Positions 1 through 11,351 of a DNA stretch of 27,839 nt are shown here, in pieces; within the stretch, counting starts at the first letter, position 1; every line of letters begins with the position of its first letter. A program made the translations under genes and the position numbers. A model generated the notes under the pieces. The model did not search any database and was not told the origin of the DNA. It worked only from the letters and a program-made list of their open reading frames with translations. The stretch is from Candidatus Bipolaricaulia bacterium. Lineage in GTDB: Bacteria; Bipolaricaulota; Bipolaricaulia; JBHIAT01. The stretch spans positions 1-27,839 of the forward strand of contig JBHIAT010000029.1 of the NCBI GenBank assembly GCA_046758705.1, in the 5' to 3' direction.

Positions 1-1
1 G

Positions 2-64
2 GCGCTGTCCAACGGCTTCGGCTTCGGCGGTCAAAACGCCACACTCGCCTTCAGAAGGCTTTAG
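2..64 (+). CDS. fabF: 3' end of beta-ketoacyl-ACP synthase II (truncated by window edge)
   Basis: Reading from position 2 gives ALSNGFGFGGQNATLAFRRL*, matching the SNSFGFGGxN C-terminal motif of FabF/FabB. TAG stop at 62-64. Confidence 0.85.
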   Translation, partial: ALSNGFGFGGQNATLAFRRL

Positions 65-88
65 GCAGCGATCATCAACCCATGAGCG

Positions 89-2590
89 CTAAGCGCGCAG
101 CTTGGCACCCAGTTCCTGCTCCAGGTGACGTCGGATTCGCTCGTGCACCTGTTGGACTTCATCATCGGTCAGGGTGCGATCTGTTGTTTGATAGGTGAGC
201 GTGTAGGCGAGGCTCACCTTCCCCTCCGGAATCTGCTCACCCCGATAGACGTCGAACAGGACCGCCTGGGTCACCAGTTCGCCGCCGGCCTCCCGGATGA
301 GGTCATAGACCTGACGGGCAGGGATCGTCTCGTCGACGATGACGGCCAGATCCTGGATCACAGCAGGATAGCGGGAGATGGGCTGGTAGGGATGGTCGCG
401 CTCCGTCCGATCGAGGAGCGCATCCAGGTCGAATTCGCCAACACAGATCCGCACTTCAGGCAGATCGAAACGCTCGGCGACCTCGGGATGGAGTTCTCCC
501 AAGATCCCGATTCGCTTCCCATCGATCTCAAGCTCGGCCGATCGGCCGGGATGGAAACCGCGGTGGTTGGTTGTGGTTGAGGCGAACCGATATCGGGTAT
601 CTTGCAACCCGAGCCGATCGAGCAGGGTATCGACCACCCCTTTCAGATCAAAGAAATCCATCTCCCTTGACCCGTCCTCCGACCATGAGCGGCGAGGGGA
701 CCGGGGACCGGACAGAGCGATCCCCAACCGACGCGGTTCCTCGGGCAGCAGCTCGCCGGCGACCGGCAGATAGACACGCCCGATCTCGAAGATCGCCACC
801 CGATCACCAAAGCGGAGGTTCGACTTGACCGTCTCAATCAGACTGACGATGAGCGTCCTGCGCAGATGGGAGCGTTCTTGGGTGAGCGGATTGGCCAATG
901 CGATATGTGCTTCGTTCGCCATCACAGGATCGAAGCGGGCGACACCCTCCGGGTAAGTGAGAGAGTAGCTGATGACCTCCATCAACCCGATCCCGGTCAG
1001 GAGATCCCGAACCCACTCCTCGCCCTCCAATGCCCGATTGCGACGCTGAGGCGGCAAGGTGTCATACATCAGCGTCGTCGGAATCTGGTCATAGCCGATC
1101 ACCCGAGCAACCTCCTCGATCAGATCGGCGGGGATCTCCACGTCGAGACGGTGGTCGGGGACCGTCACTTGGATAACATCACGATCCGGTTCTGATTCGC
1201 ACTGAAACTCCAGCGATTTCAACACCGTGATGATACGCTCCGGGGAAACCTTCATTCCCAGAATGCGCTCCACTTCGCCCGGGTCGAGTTCGATCTGCCT
1301 GAGCGGCTGTTTGACCGGATAGACGTCGATGATGCCGTCGGCGATGGTGCCGCTGGCGAGCTGGCGCATCAACCCGCTCGCCCGAACGAGCGCCGGGATC
1401 GTCAGTTCGGCCGGCATCCCTTTGCCGAATCGGTCCGAGGCCTCGCTCGAGATCTTGAGCCGGTTTGCGGTGCGTCGGTTGCTGATATATTCGAAGTTGG
1501 CCGACTCGAGCAGGACGTTCTCGGTCGCCTCGGTCACCTCGGTTTCCAGACCGCCCATCACTCCGGCGATCGCGATCGGACCGCCGCCGTCGGTGATGAA
1601 CAGGTCTGCCTCGATGAACCGTCGCTCGACGCCGTCCAGCGTCGTCAGCCGCTCATCCGGCTTGGCCCGACGGACGATGATCGTCGGATGTGACTCTCCT
1701 GGTTTGGCTCGAAGGCGATCGTAGTCGAAGGCGTGCAGCGGTTGACCCCACTCGAGCATACAGTAGTTGGTGATGTCGACGATGTTGTTGATCGGGCGCA
1801 TCCCTGCCGCCAGTAAGCGGCGACGCATCCAAAACGGCGAGGGTTGGACCTGAATCCCACGGATCAGGCTAGCGGTGTAACGCGAGCAAAGATCCGGATC
1901 GGCGATCTCGATCGCAGCCTGGCCTGAAATCGAGTCTTCACCGGTGACCCAGTTCGGATCTTCGAGCTTGAGCCGCTCGCCGGTCAACGTGGCCACCTCC
2001 CGGGCCACCCCGATCACTGACAGGCATCGAGCCAAGTTCGGGGTCAAGTCAAATTCCAAGACCACATCACCGGTCACCTGTGACAGCGGTGCCCCGACCG
2101 GTATGTCGTCGTCGAGGATCAGGATACCGGTGTGATCGTCCGACAGGCCCAGTTCCTTCTCGGAGGGGATGACGACCTTGGAGTCCACCCCTCGGATCCG
2201 AGCCGCCGCTACGGTGAAGGTTTGGAAACGGTCGGCGTATGGATCGACGAGCGTCGCCCCGACCTCGGCGACCGGGACCTTGTTTCCCACCTCTCCGATC
2301 CGGACGTTGGGGGCGCCGGTGACACTGACCGCCCGTCGTCCGTCTCCGTAATCGACAGTGGCGACGACGAGCCGGTCGGCGTTGGGATGGGGGTTAACCT
2401 CGACAATCTTTCCCACATAGACCCCATCCCAGGTAAGCTCGGTTGCGTTCTCCTTCCCGGTCTCTGGGTGTCGACCGATGTGTTCGACTGCGGCCACCTC
2501 GATCCCCGCCATCGTCAGTCGATGGGCAAGCTCTGCAACCGGAAGGGTGACATCGACATACTCGGTTAGCCAACTGAGTGGAACGCGCAT
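89..2590 (-). CDS. pheT: Phenylalanine--tRNA ligase beta subunit
   Basis: 833 aa. Motifs MRVPLSWL, HPNADRL, RPINNIVDITNY, GQPLHAFD, DLIEEVAR, and a C-terminal ferredoxin-fold anticodon-binding domain. Lies directly downstream of pheS. Confidence 0.97.
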   Translation of the reverse strand: MRVPLSWLTEYVDVTLPVAELAHRLTMAGIEVAAVEHIGRHPETGKENATELTWDGVYVGKIVEVNPHPNADRLVVATVDYGDGRRAVSVTGAPNVRIGEVGNKVPVAEVGATLVDPYADRFQTFTVAAARIRGVDSKVVIPSEKELGLSDDHTGILILDDDIPVGAPLSQVTGDVVLEFDLTPNLARCLSVIGVAREVATLTGERLKLEDPNWVTGEDSISGQAAIEIADPDLCSRYTASLIRGIQVQPSPFWMRRRLLAAGMRPINNIVDITNYCMLEWGQPLHAFDYDRLRAKPGESHPTIIVRRAKPDERLTTLDGVERRFIEADLFITDGGGPIAIAGVMGGLETEVTEATENVLLESANFEYISNRRTANRLKISSEASDRFGKGMPAELTIPALVRASGLMRQLASGTIADGIIDVYPVKQPLRQIELDPGEVERILGMKVSPERIITVLKSLEFQCESEPDRDVIQVTVPDHRLDVEIPADLIEEVARVIGYDQIPTTLMYDTLPPQRRNRALEGEEWVRDLLTGIGLMEVISYSLTYPEGVARFDPVMANEAHIALANPLTQERSHLRRTLIVSLIETVKSNLRFGDRVAIFEIGRVYLPVAGELLPEEPRRLGIALSGPRSPRRSWSEDGSREMDFFDLKGVVDTLLDRLGLQDTRYRFASTTTNHRGFHPGRSAELEIDGKRIGILGELHPEVAERFDLPEVRICVGEFDLDALLDRTERDHPYQPISRYPAVIQDLAVIVDETIPARQVYDLIREAGGELVTQAVLFDVYRGEQIPEGKVSLAYTLTYQTTDRTLTDDEVQQVHERIRRHLEQELGAKLRA

Positions 2591-2606
2591 GTTAATAGGT
2601 AACCGG

Positions 2607-3653
2607 TTAGAACTGACCTAAGAAGCGCAGGTCATTACCGTAGAACAGCCGGATATCGTTAATGTTATACTTCAACATGGCGATGCGATCGGGTCCCATA
2701 CCAAAGGCGAAACCGCTGTATTCATCGGGGTCGTAACCCCCGTTTTCGAGCACCTTGGGGTGGACCATCCCGGCCCCCAATATCTCGACCCAACCGGCAT
2801 ATTTACAGACACGGCAACCGGTTCCCCCGCAGATAATACAGTCCATATCGACCTCGGCGCTCGGTTCGGTGAACGGGAAGTAGCTGCACCGGAACCGGAC
2901 CTGACGCTTCTCACCGAACATCTGACGGGCGAACTCGATCAACACCCCTTTGAGGTCGGCCATGGTGATATGTTTTCCCACGGCCAGACCTTCTACCTGA
3001 TAGAACATCATCTCGGACCGGGCGGTGACCTGCTCGTAGCGGTAACATTTCCCGGGAAGGATGACCCGAATCGGTTCGGGCGCATGCTGGCGCATGGTCC
3101 GGATCTGTCCGGGCGAGGTGTGGGTGCGCAGCAGTACAGCCGGGTTGGTCGTGTAGAACGAGGCCTGCATCTCCCGGGCCGGATGGTCAGGGGGGAAGTT
3201 CAGCAACTGGAAGTTATATTCGTCCGTCTCCACCTCCGGGGTTTCGACCACTTGGAACCCCAGCTTGGAGAAGATCGCGTAGATCTCCCGCAACGTCTGG
3301 GTGATTAGATGGAGGTGGCCGACCTCCCACGGCCGACCAGAACGGGTCACATCGACCGTCTCCTGGCTGAGCCGGAGATCGCGCTCCCGGTACACCAGGG
3401 CCTCACGCCTGGCATCAAGCTCCTGGTTTACGTCGTGTTTCAACGTGTTGATCAGCCGACCGGCCTCGGCGCGCTCCGCCCCGTTGAACTCCGTCAGCCG
3501 GTCGACCAGCCGGGTGATCTGCCCGTTTTTCCCCAGAAATCGTATTCGTACCGCCTCGGCTGCCTCGAGGCTGTCCAGATCGGCCAGAGCGTCTCGGCTC
3601 GACCGTCGGATCTCCTCAACCTCCGCCTTCAGTCTATCGAGTCTATCCGACAT
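2607..3653 (-). CDS. pheS: Phenylalanine--tRNA ligase alpha subunit
   Basis: Motifs HPAREMQ, LLRTHTSPGQ, FYQVEG, YFPFTEPS, GFAFGMG. Start moved from the ORF-track GTG (3683) to ATG 3653 because a TATAAT box lies between the two. Confidence 0.96.
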   Translation of the reverse strand: MSDRLDRLKAEVEEIRRSSRDALADLDSLEAAEAVRIRFLGKNGQITRLVDRLTEFNGAERAEAGRLINTLKHDVNQELDARREALVYRERDLRLSQETVDVTRSGRPWEVGHLHLITQTLREIYAIFSKLGFQVVETPEVETDEYNFQLLNFPPDHPAREMQASFYTTNPAVLLRTHTSPGQIRTMRQHAPEPIRVILPGKCYRYEQVTARSEMMFYQVEGLAVGKHITMADLKGVLIEFARQMFGEKRQVRFRCSYFPFTEPSAEVDMDCIICGGTGCRVCKYAGWVEILGAGMVHPKVLENGGYDPDEYSGFAFGMGPDRIAMLKYNINDIRLFYGNDLRFLGQF

Positions 3654-3662
3654 GACGTCCCG

Positions 3663-3714
3663 ATTATAGCGGTGGAGAGCCACTTTGACAAATCTCGGTC
3701 GAAAGGGATAGAAT
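3663..3714. promoter_or_regulatory. Divergent sigma70-type promoter pair with overlapping -35 boxes
   Basis: Plus strand: TTGACA (3685-3690), 18 nt, TAGAAT (3709-3714). Minus strand: TTGTCA (3691-3686), 17 nt, TATAAT (3668-3663). Confidence 0.8.
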
Positions 3715-3722
3715 ACTTAAAC

Positions 3723-5015
3723 ATGACTTGGCATAAGATCCCGGGTTTGAAGTGTATGGTGGTCAGCGCACTCCTGTTCGCGGTATTCCTGTTTCAGCAC
3801 GCTGCTGCACAAGGGCCGGATCGACTTACGTTCTCGGTGCGGGTGTCGCTGATCGCCTTTCCTATCGAGACGATGTCGGCGGATCTGGAGGGACTTTCGG
3901 CCCCGTTGTTGCCCCTGATGGAGGACCTGGGGGATCATCTCGCCGCAATGGCTCGTGAATTGGGCTACCTGGAGTTGGTTGACGATCCCCGTCAGGCCGA
4001 TGTCGAGGTGGAGATCGAGGTGGGGGTAGACCGTGGCGGGTCGGAGGCAGAGCTGTTCACCGCGCGGATCGGGCTTCGTTACCTGATGAGTGTGGAGCGC
4101 AACGCCCTGGAGTTGAGCGTCCGCAAGGAGCGGGAGATGTTCGTGGCTGAGGTCGAGAATCGGTTGTTCTCCCATCTGACGTTGATCGCCCTGAATCGGG
4201 GGGTGAACGCACCGCTTTACCAACTCACCTTCGTGGACGCCTGGGATGAGCAGCCGACCTTCTCCCCTGATGGCCAGCGGTTGATGATCATTTCCGAACG
4301 GTTTGATGCCAATCGCAACCTGCTCACCTTCGATATCGCCCAACTGTCACAGACGAGCCATACCTTCCCCGGGACGGAGTTCTTCCCTGTCTACTCCCCG
4401 GATGGGGGGGAGGTGGCGTTCCAAGCCTCCAAGGACGGGAGCTGGGATATCTGGGTGAGGGACGTGAGCACCGGGGAGACGACGCGGTTGACCGGTTACG
4501 GTGCCGATGAGATTCAGCCAACCTGGTCGCCGGATGGGCAGCGGATCGCGTTCGCCTCCAACCGGAGCGGCGTCTGGGACATCTGGGCGATGGACAGCGA
4601 TGGGGGGAACCCGCGCTGGCTCACCCATTCCCCAGCGCGTGACCTCTCTCCCAGCTGGTCGAACCGGAATCAGATCGCCTATGTCTCAGACCGATCGGGG
4701 AACTTCGATATCTGGATACTCGATCTCGGTGGGGGGGATCAAGTCAACATCACCGATACCTTCGAGATCTCGGAGTTCGATCCCAGTTGGTCCCCTGACG
4801 GCCGGTGGCTGGCGATCTCAGCGAACCGCGCCAGCCCGAGCAACTTCGATATCTGGGTCATCGATCCGATCGGCAACTACCTGGAGCGGGTGACGGAAGA
4901 TCCGGCGGAGGATTACCATCCTGCCTGGTCACCCGACGGGCGGATGATCGTGTTCCAATCGTTCCGTCACAGGAACGCCGACATCTTTATCAAGCGGTTG
5001 GGCGATGGCATGTAA
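3723..5015 (+). CDS. Secreted TolB-like beta-propeller protein (PD40 repeats)
   Basis: From ATG 3723 there is a signal-peptide-like N-terminus (..VVSALLFAVFLFQHAAA|QG) and repeated PxWSPDGxxIAFxSxRxGxxDIW units. The ORF-track start at 3309 overlaps pheS on the opposite strand and is unlikely. Confidence 0.85.
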   Translation: MTWHKIPGLKCMVVSALLFAVFLFQHAAAQGPDRLTFSVRVSLIAFPIETMSADLEGLSAPLLPLMEDLGDHLAAMARELGYLELVDDPRQADVEVEIEVGVDRGGSEAELFTARIGLRYLMSVERNALELSVRKEREMFVAEVENRLFSHLTLIALNRGVNAPLYQLTFVDAWDEQPTFSPDGQRLMIISERFDANRNLLTFDIAQLSQTSHTFPGTEFFPVYSPDGGEVAFQASKDGSWDIWVRDVSTGETTRLTGYGADEIQPTWSPDGQRIAFASNRSGVWDIWAMDSDGGNPRWLTHSPARDLSPSWSNRNQIAYVSDRSGNFDIWILDLGGGDQVNITDTFEISEFDPSWSPDGRWLAISANRASPSNFDIWVIDPIGNYLERVTEDPAEDYHPAWSPDGRMIVFQSFRHRNADIFIKRLGDGM

Positions 5016-5041
5016 AATCTGGTGAGGAGGGATAGGCATTC

Positions 5042-6154
5042 ATGTCTGCCCCCATGTCTCATCATGAGGTGAGGATCGAGGGGCTCCGCAAACGTTTGGT
5101 GGAGCAGAACCTCGACGGGTTCGTCGTCTACAACTTCGAGGGTTCGGATAGGGCTAACCTCGGTTACCTCACCGGATTCTTCGGCACCACCGGAATTCTG
5201 ATCGTCAGTTCGTCTCAGCAGGTGTTGATGACCGACTCGCGCTACCTGGAGCGGGCCCGACGCGAGCATCCCGATTTCGAGATCACCGAGGTCGATACGA
5301 ACCGGATCGAGCAACTCGGGGCACGGTTAGAGGAGATGGGGTTGAACCAGGTTGGGATCGGCTCGAAGCGAACCAGCTACGCCAATTACCAGAGGATCTC
5401 TGACGCCGCCGGTTCCGTCGAACTGGTCCCAATCGAGGATCAGGTGGAGGGGTTGCGCCAGGTCAAGGACGATGAGGAACTCGACCGGATCGGTGCGGCG
5501 GTCGCACTGACCGATCGGGGGTTCGAATATGTCCTGGAGACGGTCTCGCCAGGGATGACCGAGCGGGAGCTCGCGTTCAAGCTGGAGTTCTTCCTGCGCG
5601 AACAGGGAGCGGACAGGCTCGCGTTCCCGATCATCGCCGCTGCGGGAGAGCGGGGCGCCTATCCTCATGTGGTCCCGTCAAATCGCAGGATTGGGGAAGG
5701 AGATCTGCTGCTGCTCGATTTCGGCGCCCGATCTGGGGGGTATTGTGCCGACCTGACCCGAGTGGTAGCGATCGGAGAAAGATCGGAAAGACAACAACAG
5801 ATCTACGAGATCGTGCTTCAGGCAAACCAGGCGGCGATCGCCGAGATCCGGGCCGGCGTCCGGGCAGAGGCGGTCGATCAGGCTGCCCGCCGGATCATTA
5901 AGGCAGCGGGTTACCAAGAAAATTTCGGCCACGGCCTAGGCCACGGGGTAGGGCTCGAGATCCACGAAGCCCCACGGCTCGGTTCACAGAGCGACGACCT
6001 CCTGGAACCGGGGATGGTCGTCACCGTTGAGCCCGGCATCTACTTGCCCGACTGGGGTGGGATCCGTATCGAAGATCTGGTCGTCGTAACCGAGAACGGC
6101 TACGAGATCCTCACCGGCGCTGAAAAGAAAGAACTCCAGGTGGTTCCCAGATAG
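5042..6154 (+). CDS. Xaa-Pro aminopeptidase/dipeptidase (M24B family)
   Basis: Creatinase-like N-terminus (NLGYLTGF, TDSRY). Metal ligands in DFGA..YCADLTR, HGLGHGVGLEIHE, TVEPGIY, GIRIED. SD GAGGAGG upstream. Confidence 0.93.
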   Translation: MSAPMSHHEVRIEGLRKRLVEQNLDGFVVYNFEGSDRANLGYLTGFFGTTGILIVSSSQQVLMTDSRYLERARREHPDFEITEVDTNRIEQLGARLEEMGLNQVGIGSKRTSYANYQRISDAAGSVELVPIEDQVEGLRQVKDDEELDRIGAAVALTDRGFEYVLETVSPGMTERELAFKLEFFLREQGADRLAFPIIAAAGERGAYPHVVPSNRRIGEGDLLLLDFGARSGGYCADLTRVVAIGERSERQQQIYEIVLQANQAAIAEIRAGVRAEAVDQAARRIIKAAGYQENFGHGLGHGVGLEIHEAPRLGSQSDDLLEPGMVVTVEPGIYLPDWGGIRIEDLVVVTENGYEILTGAEKKELQVVPR

Positions 6155-6198
6155 AGATAGAAGAGCAACGAACTGAAGGAACGGTTCTCCAGCCTCCT

Positions 6199-6420
6199 TC
6201 AATTCCGGTAGACGATTCGCCCTCGTGACAGATCGTGAGGAGAGAGTTCCACCGTGACCGTATCCCCGGGGAGGATTCTGATGTGGTACCGTCTCATCCT
6301 CCCTGAGGGGTAACAAAGGACTTCGTGCCCGTTGCTAAGCTTTACTTTGTAGGTAAAGCTCGTGATTTCAGCGACAATCTGCCCTTTTTGGGTAATTATA
6401 TTGCCATCGCGACGACTCAC
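6199..6420 (-). CDS. infA: Translation initiation factor IF-1 (stand-alone, divergent N-terminus)
   Basis: NGHEVLCYPSGRMRRYHIRILPGDTVTVELSPHDLSRGRIVYR is the IF-1 signature. GTG at 6420 chosen as start because SD AAAGGGGGTG lies 9 nt upstream. Confidence 0.9.
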   Translation of the reverse strand: MSRRDGNIITQKGQIVAEITSFTYKVKLSNGHEVLCYPSGRMRRYHIRILPGDTVTVELSPHDLSRGRIVYRN

Positions 6421-6482
6421 GCAGACTAACACCCCCTTTCCGCTTCAATAAAACTGAAAGGCATTCTGGAATCTCCATATTG

Positions 6483-6511
6483 ATATTAGCAGGGATCATC
6501 CGGCTTGTCAA
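6483..6511 (-). promoter_or_regulatory. Promoter for infA
   Basis: TTGACA (6511-6506), 17 nt, TAATAT (6488-6483), with an extended -10 TGn. Begins just after the maeB stop. Confidence 0.75.
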
Positions 6512-6512
6512 C

Positions 6513-8765
<2,253 letters not shown>

Positions 8766-8837
8766 AAGTATGCCCTCGCAGTTTATATTATAGTATTACG
8801 CGGATGGCATAGATTGCAACGGGAACCACCGCTCTAT

Positions 8838-8866
8838 TTGATGATCCGAAACGACGTTGCTATAAT
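8838..8866 (+). promoter_or_regulatory. Promoter for metG; a divergent TATAAT for maeB lies at 8792-8787
   Basis: TTGATG (8838-8843), 17 nt, TATAAT (8861-8866), with a TGn extension. Confidence 0.7.
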
Positions 8867-8911
8867 ATCCCACCGCATCGTGATTCGGGTCGTTGGAGGT
8901 TGAGGTTAACG

Positions 8912-10921
8912 ATGAAAGTCCTGATCTGTAGCGCCTGGCCTTACATCCAGGGGATGCCTCACCTGGGGAACCTGATGAGCTCGCTGCTGTCGGGGGATGT
9001 GTTCAAACGCTATTACGCGTTGCGGGGCGATGAGGTGTTGTATGTCAGCGGCTCAGATGCTCACGGGACGCGCATCGAGTACGAGGCTGAGCGCCAGGGC
9101 ATCACGCCGGAGACACTGGCCAAGCGCAATCACAAGCGGATCGTCTCCATCATCGAGCGGTTCGGCATCGATTTCGACAACTACACCACGACCGAATCGC
9201 CGATCCATTATCGGTTCGTCCAGGAAATCTATCGCCAAATGGACGAGAACGGTTATATCTTCACCCGGGAGGAAGAACGTGCCTACTGTGAAATTGACCG
9301 ACGGTTCCTGGCCGATCGGTTCATCGAGGGAACCTGTCCCCACTGCGGTTACGCGGGGGCCCGGGGGAACCAATGTGAAGTCTGTGGCACGCTTCTCGAG
9401 CCCGAGGAGTTGATCGAGCCACGCTGTGCGTTCTGCGGCGAGCAGGAGATCGTCTTCAGGTCGACGGTGCACTGGTATCTGGATCTCAAGAAGCTGGAGC
9501 CTCAACTCAAGGCCTATGTGGCGTCTCGGGACTGGCGGGGTAACGTCAAGCGGTTCACCGAGAGCATGCTCCGCGACGGGGTGGAGCCACGGGCGGTGAC
9601 CCGAGACATCCGCTGGGGGATCCCGGCCCCGTTCTCGGGGGCGGAGGGGAAGGTGATCTACGTTTGGGCGGAGGCGGCCCTCGGGTATGTGTCGGCGACG
9701 ATCGAGCACTTCGAAAGGACGGACGATCCGGACGGTTGGAAAGCTTACTGGTTCAGGGATGAGGTGAAGCAGGTCTACACGCAGGCGAAGGACAACGTCC
9801 CGTTCCACACGATCATCTTCCCGGGCCAGCTGCTCGCCTCCAAGCAAGGGTATCATCTTCCCGATCAGGTCGCGGCGACCGAGTACCTGAACTGGGTGGG
9901 CGGCAGCAAGTTCTCGAAGAGTCGAGGAATCGGCCTGTACTGTGACGAGGCGCTGGAGCTCTTGGATCCCGTCTACTGGCGCTTCTACCTGCTCTACGCG
10001 CGGCCTGAGCGCAAGGATGTCGACTTCTCCTGGGAGGCGCTCGGGCGGGCGGTCAACGGGGTGTTGATCGACAACATCAGCAACTTTGTCAACCGGGTGC
10101 TGACATTCGTGCGTAACCGCTTTTCCGGGGTCGTGCCCGAGGCCGAGACCGCCCCTGAGATCGCACAGGAGATCGAGCGCGTTCGCACCGAGGTGACCCG
10201 GACGATCGAGGGTGGGGAACTCGCCCCGGCGTTGCGGGCGATCGCAACGCTCGCGGTCACCGGAAACGCCTACTTCCAGCGGGAGCAGCCGTGGGAGGAC
10301 CCGGAAAACGCCCCTGAGATCGTTGCCACCGCCACCCATCTGGTCAAGGCGATCGCGATTTTGCTCTATCCGTTCGTTCCCTCGTTCTGCGAATCGATCT
10401 TTGAGATCCTCAGCTTCGAGTCGTCCCGGCTTCGCCTTGAGGAGGTTTCAGTGCCGGCGGCGGGGGAGCGTCTCGGGGAGGTTCGGGTGCTTCTGGAGAA
10501 GGTCGATATCGAGGCACTCAAGCGCCGGTATGACGAGATGAAAGCTGGACAGCAAAGTAAGCAGCAAAGGGAGGGGTCAGGAATGGAGGGAACGCAACCG
10601 GGGCAGGTGTCGATGGCGCAGTTTCAGACGCTCGATCTCAGGGTCGGGAAGATCGTCCGCGTAGAGGAGATTGACGGGGCGGACCGACTCTACAAGCTCA
10701 CCATCGACGTCGGCGGGGTGGAGATGACGAGCGTCGGTGGGTTAAAGGCGCATTACAGTCGGGAGGCGATCGACGGGCAGAAGGTGGTAGTGGTGGCCAA
10801 CCTGGCGCCGGCGACCATCCACGGAGTCCGTTCGGAGTGTATGGTCTTGGCCGCAGTTGGGGATCGTGTCTCCCTGGTTGTCCCCGACGAGGACGTGCCG
10901 GTGGGAACCCGGGTGCAGTAG
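8912..10921 (+). CDS. metG: Methionine--tRNA ligase with C-terminal Trbp111-like tRNA-binding domain
   Basis: SAWPY..PHLGN (HIGH motif), SGSDAHG, zinc-knuckle region CEID/CPHC/CEVC/CAFC, KFSKS (KMSKS motif), C-terminal LDLRVGKI..ADRLY..VANLAP OB fold. ATG 8912 follows GAGGT. Confidence 0.96.
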   Translation: MKVLICSAWPYIQGMPHLGNLMSSLLSGDVFKRYYALRGDEVLYVSGSDAHGTRIEYEAERQGITPETLAKRNHKRIVSIIERFGIDFDNYTTTESPIHYRFVQEIYRQMDENGYIFTREEERAYCEIDRRFLADRFIEGTCPHCGYAGARGNQCEVCGTLLEPEELIEPRCAFCGEQEIVFRSTVHWYLDLKKLEPQLKAYVASRDWRGNVKRFTESMLRDGVEPRAVTRDIRWGIPAPFSGAEGKVIYVWAEAALGYVSATIEHFERTDDPDGWKAYWFRDEVKQVYTQAKDNVPFHTIIFPGQLLASKQGYHLPDQVAATEYLNWVGGSKFSKSRGIGLYCDEALELLDPVYWRFYLLYARPERKDVDFSWEALGRAVNGVLIDNISNFVNRVLTFVRNRFSGVVPEAETAPEIAQEIERVRTEVTRTIEGGELAPALRAIATLAVTGNAYFQREQPWEDPENAPEIVATATHLVKAIAILLYPFVPSFCESIFEILSFESSRLRLEEVSVPAAGERLGEVRVLLEKVDIEALKRRYDEMKAGQQSKQQREGSGMEGTQPGQVSMAQFQTLDLRVGKIVRVEEIDGADRLYKLTIDVGGVEMTSVGGLKAHYSREAIDGQKVVVVANLAPATIHGVRSECMVLAAVGDRVSLVVPDEDVPVGTRVQ

Positions 10922-10967
10922 GGCAAAGTGAGCCACGTGGCCGCCCAACGTCCTGTCTGTTCGATCC

Positions 10968-10996
10968 TTGAATTTTGCTGGGGGCTTCGCTACAAT
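10968..10996 (+). promoter_or_regulatory. Promoter for rplU-prp-rpmA-obg
   Basis: TTGAAT (10968-10973), 17 nt, TACAAT (10991-10996). Confidence 0.7.
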
Positions 10997-11015
10997 TAAC
11001 CATGGAGCTATTGGT

Positions 11016-11351
11016 ATGTATGCGATCATCGAGACAGGGGGCAAACAATATCGGGTTCAGGAAGGAGACTTTCTGGTGACCGAAAAGATCGCCGACCGAC
11101 AGGTCGGAGAGGCGATCGAATTTGATCGCGTCCTGTTGATCGCCGATGACGAGAAGCGGAAGATCGGAAGACCCTACATCTCCGGGGCCAAGGTCATCGG
11201 ACAGATCGTAGAAAACGGGTTGGGTAAAAAGGTCATCATCTTCAAGTACAAGCGGAAGAAGCGATACCGCCGGAAGCGGGGCCATCGCCAACCTTATATA
11301 CGGGTGTCGATCGAGAAGATCCAAACCGGGAGGATACGATGGTCGAAATAA
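11016..11351 (+). CDS. rplU: 50S ribosomal protein L21
   Basis: MYAIIETGGKQYRV...KRKKRYRRKRGHRQPY. ATG 11016 with GGAG upstream. Confidence 0.97.
   Translation: MYAIIETGGKQYRVQEGDFLVTEKIADRQVGEAIEFDRVLLIADDEKRKIGRPYISGAKVIGQIVENGLGKKVIIFKYKRKKRYRRKRGHRQPYIRVSIEKIQTGRIRWSK

Noticed and set aside
3309-3722. 138-codon N-terminal extension of the TolB-like ORF
   Set aside because: It overlaps pheS on the opposite strand and spans the promoter. The signal peptide begins at ATG 3723.
6174-6201. TGAAGGA/TCCTTCA inverted repeat between the convergent peptidase gene and infA, as a terminator
   Set aside because: Short stem, 14-nt loop and no U-tract on either strand.
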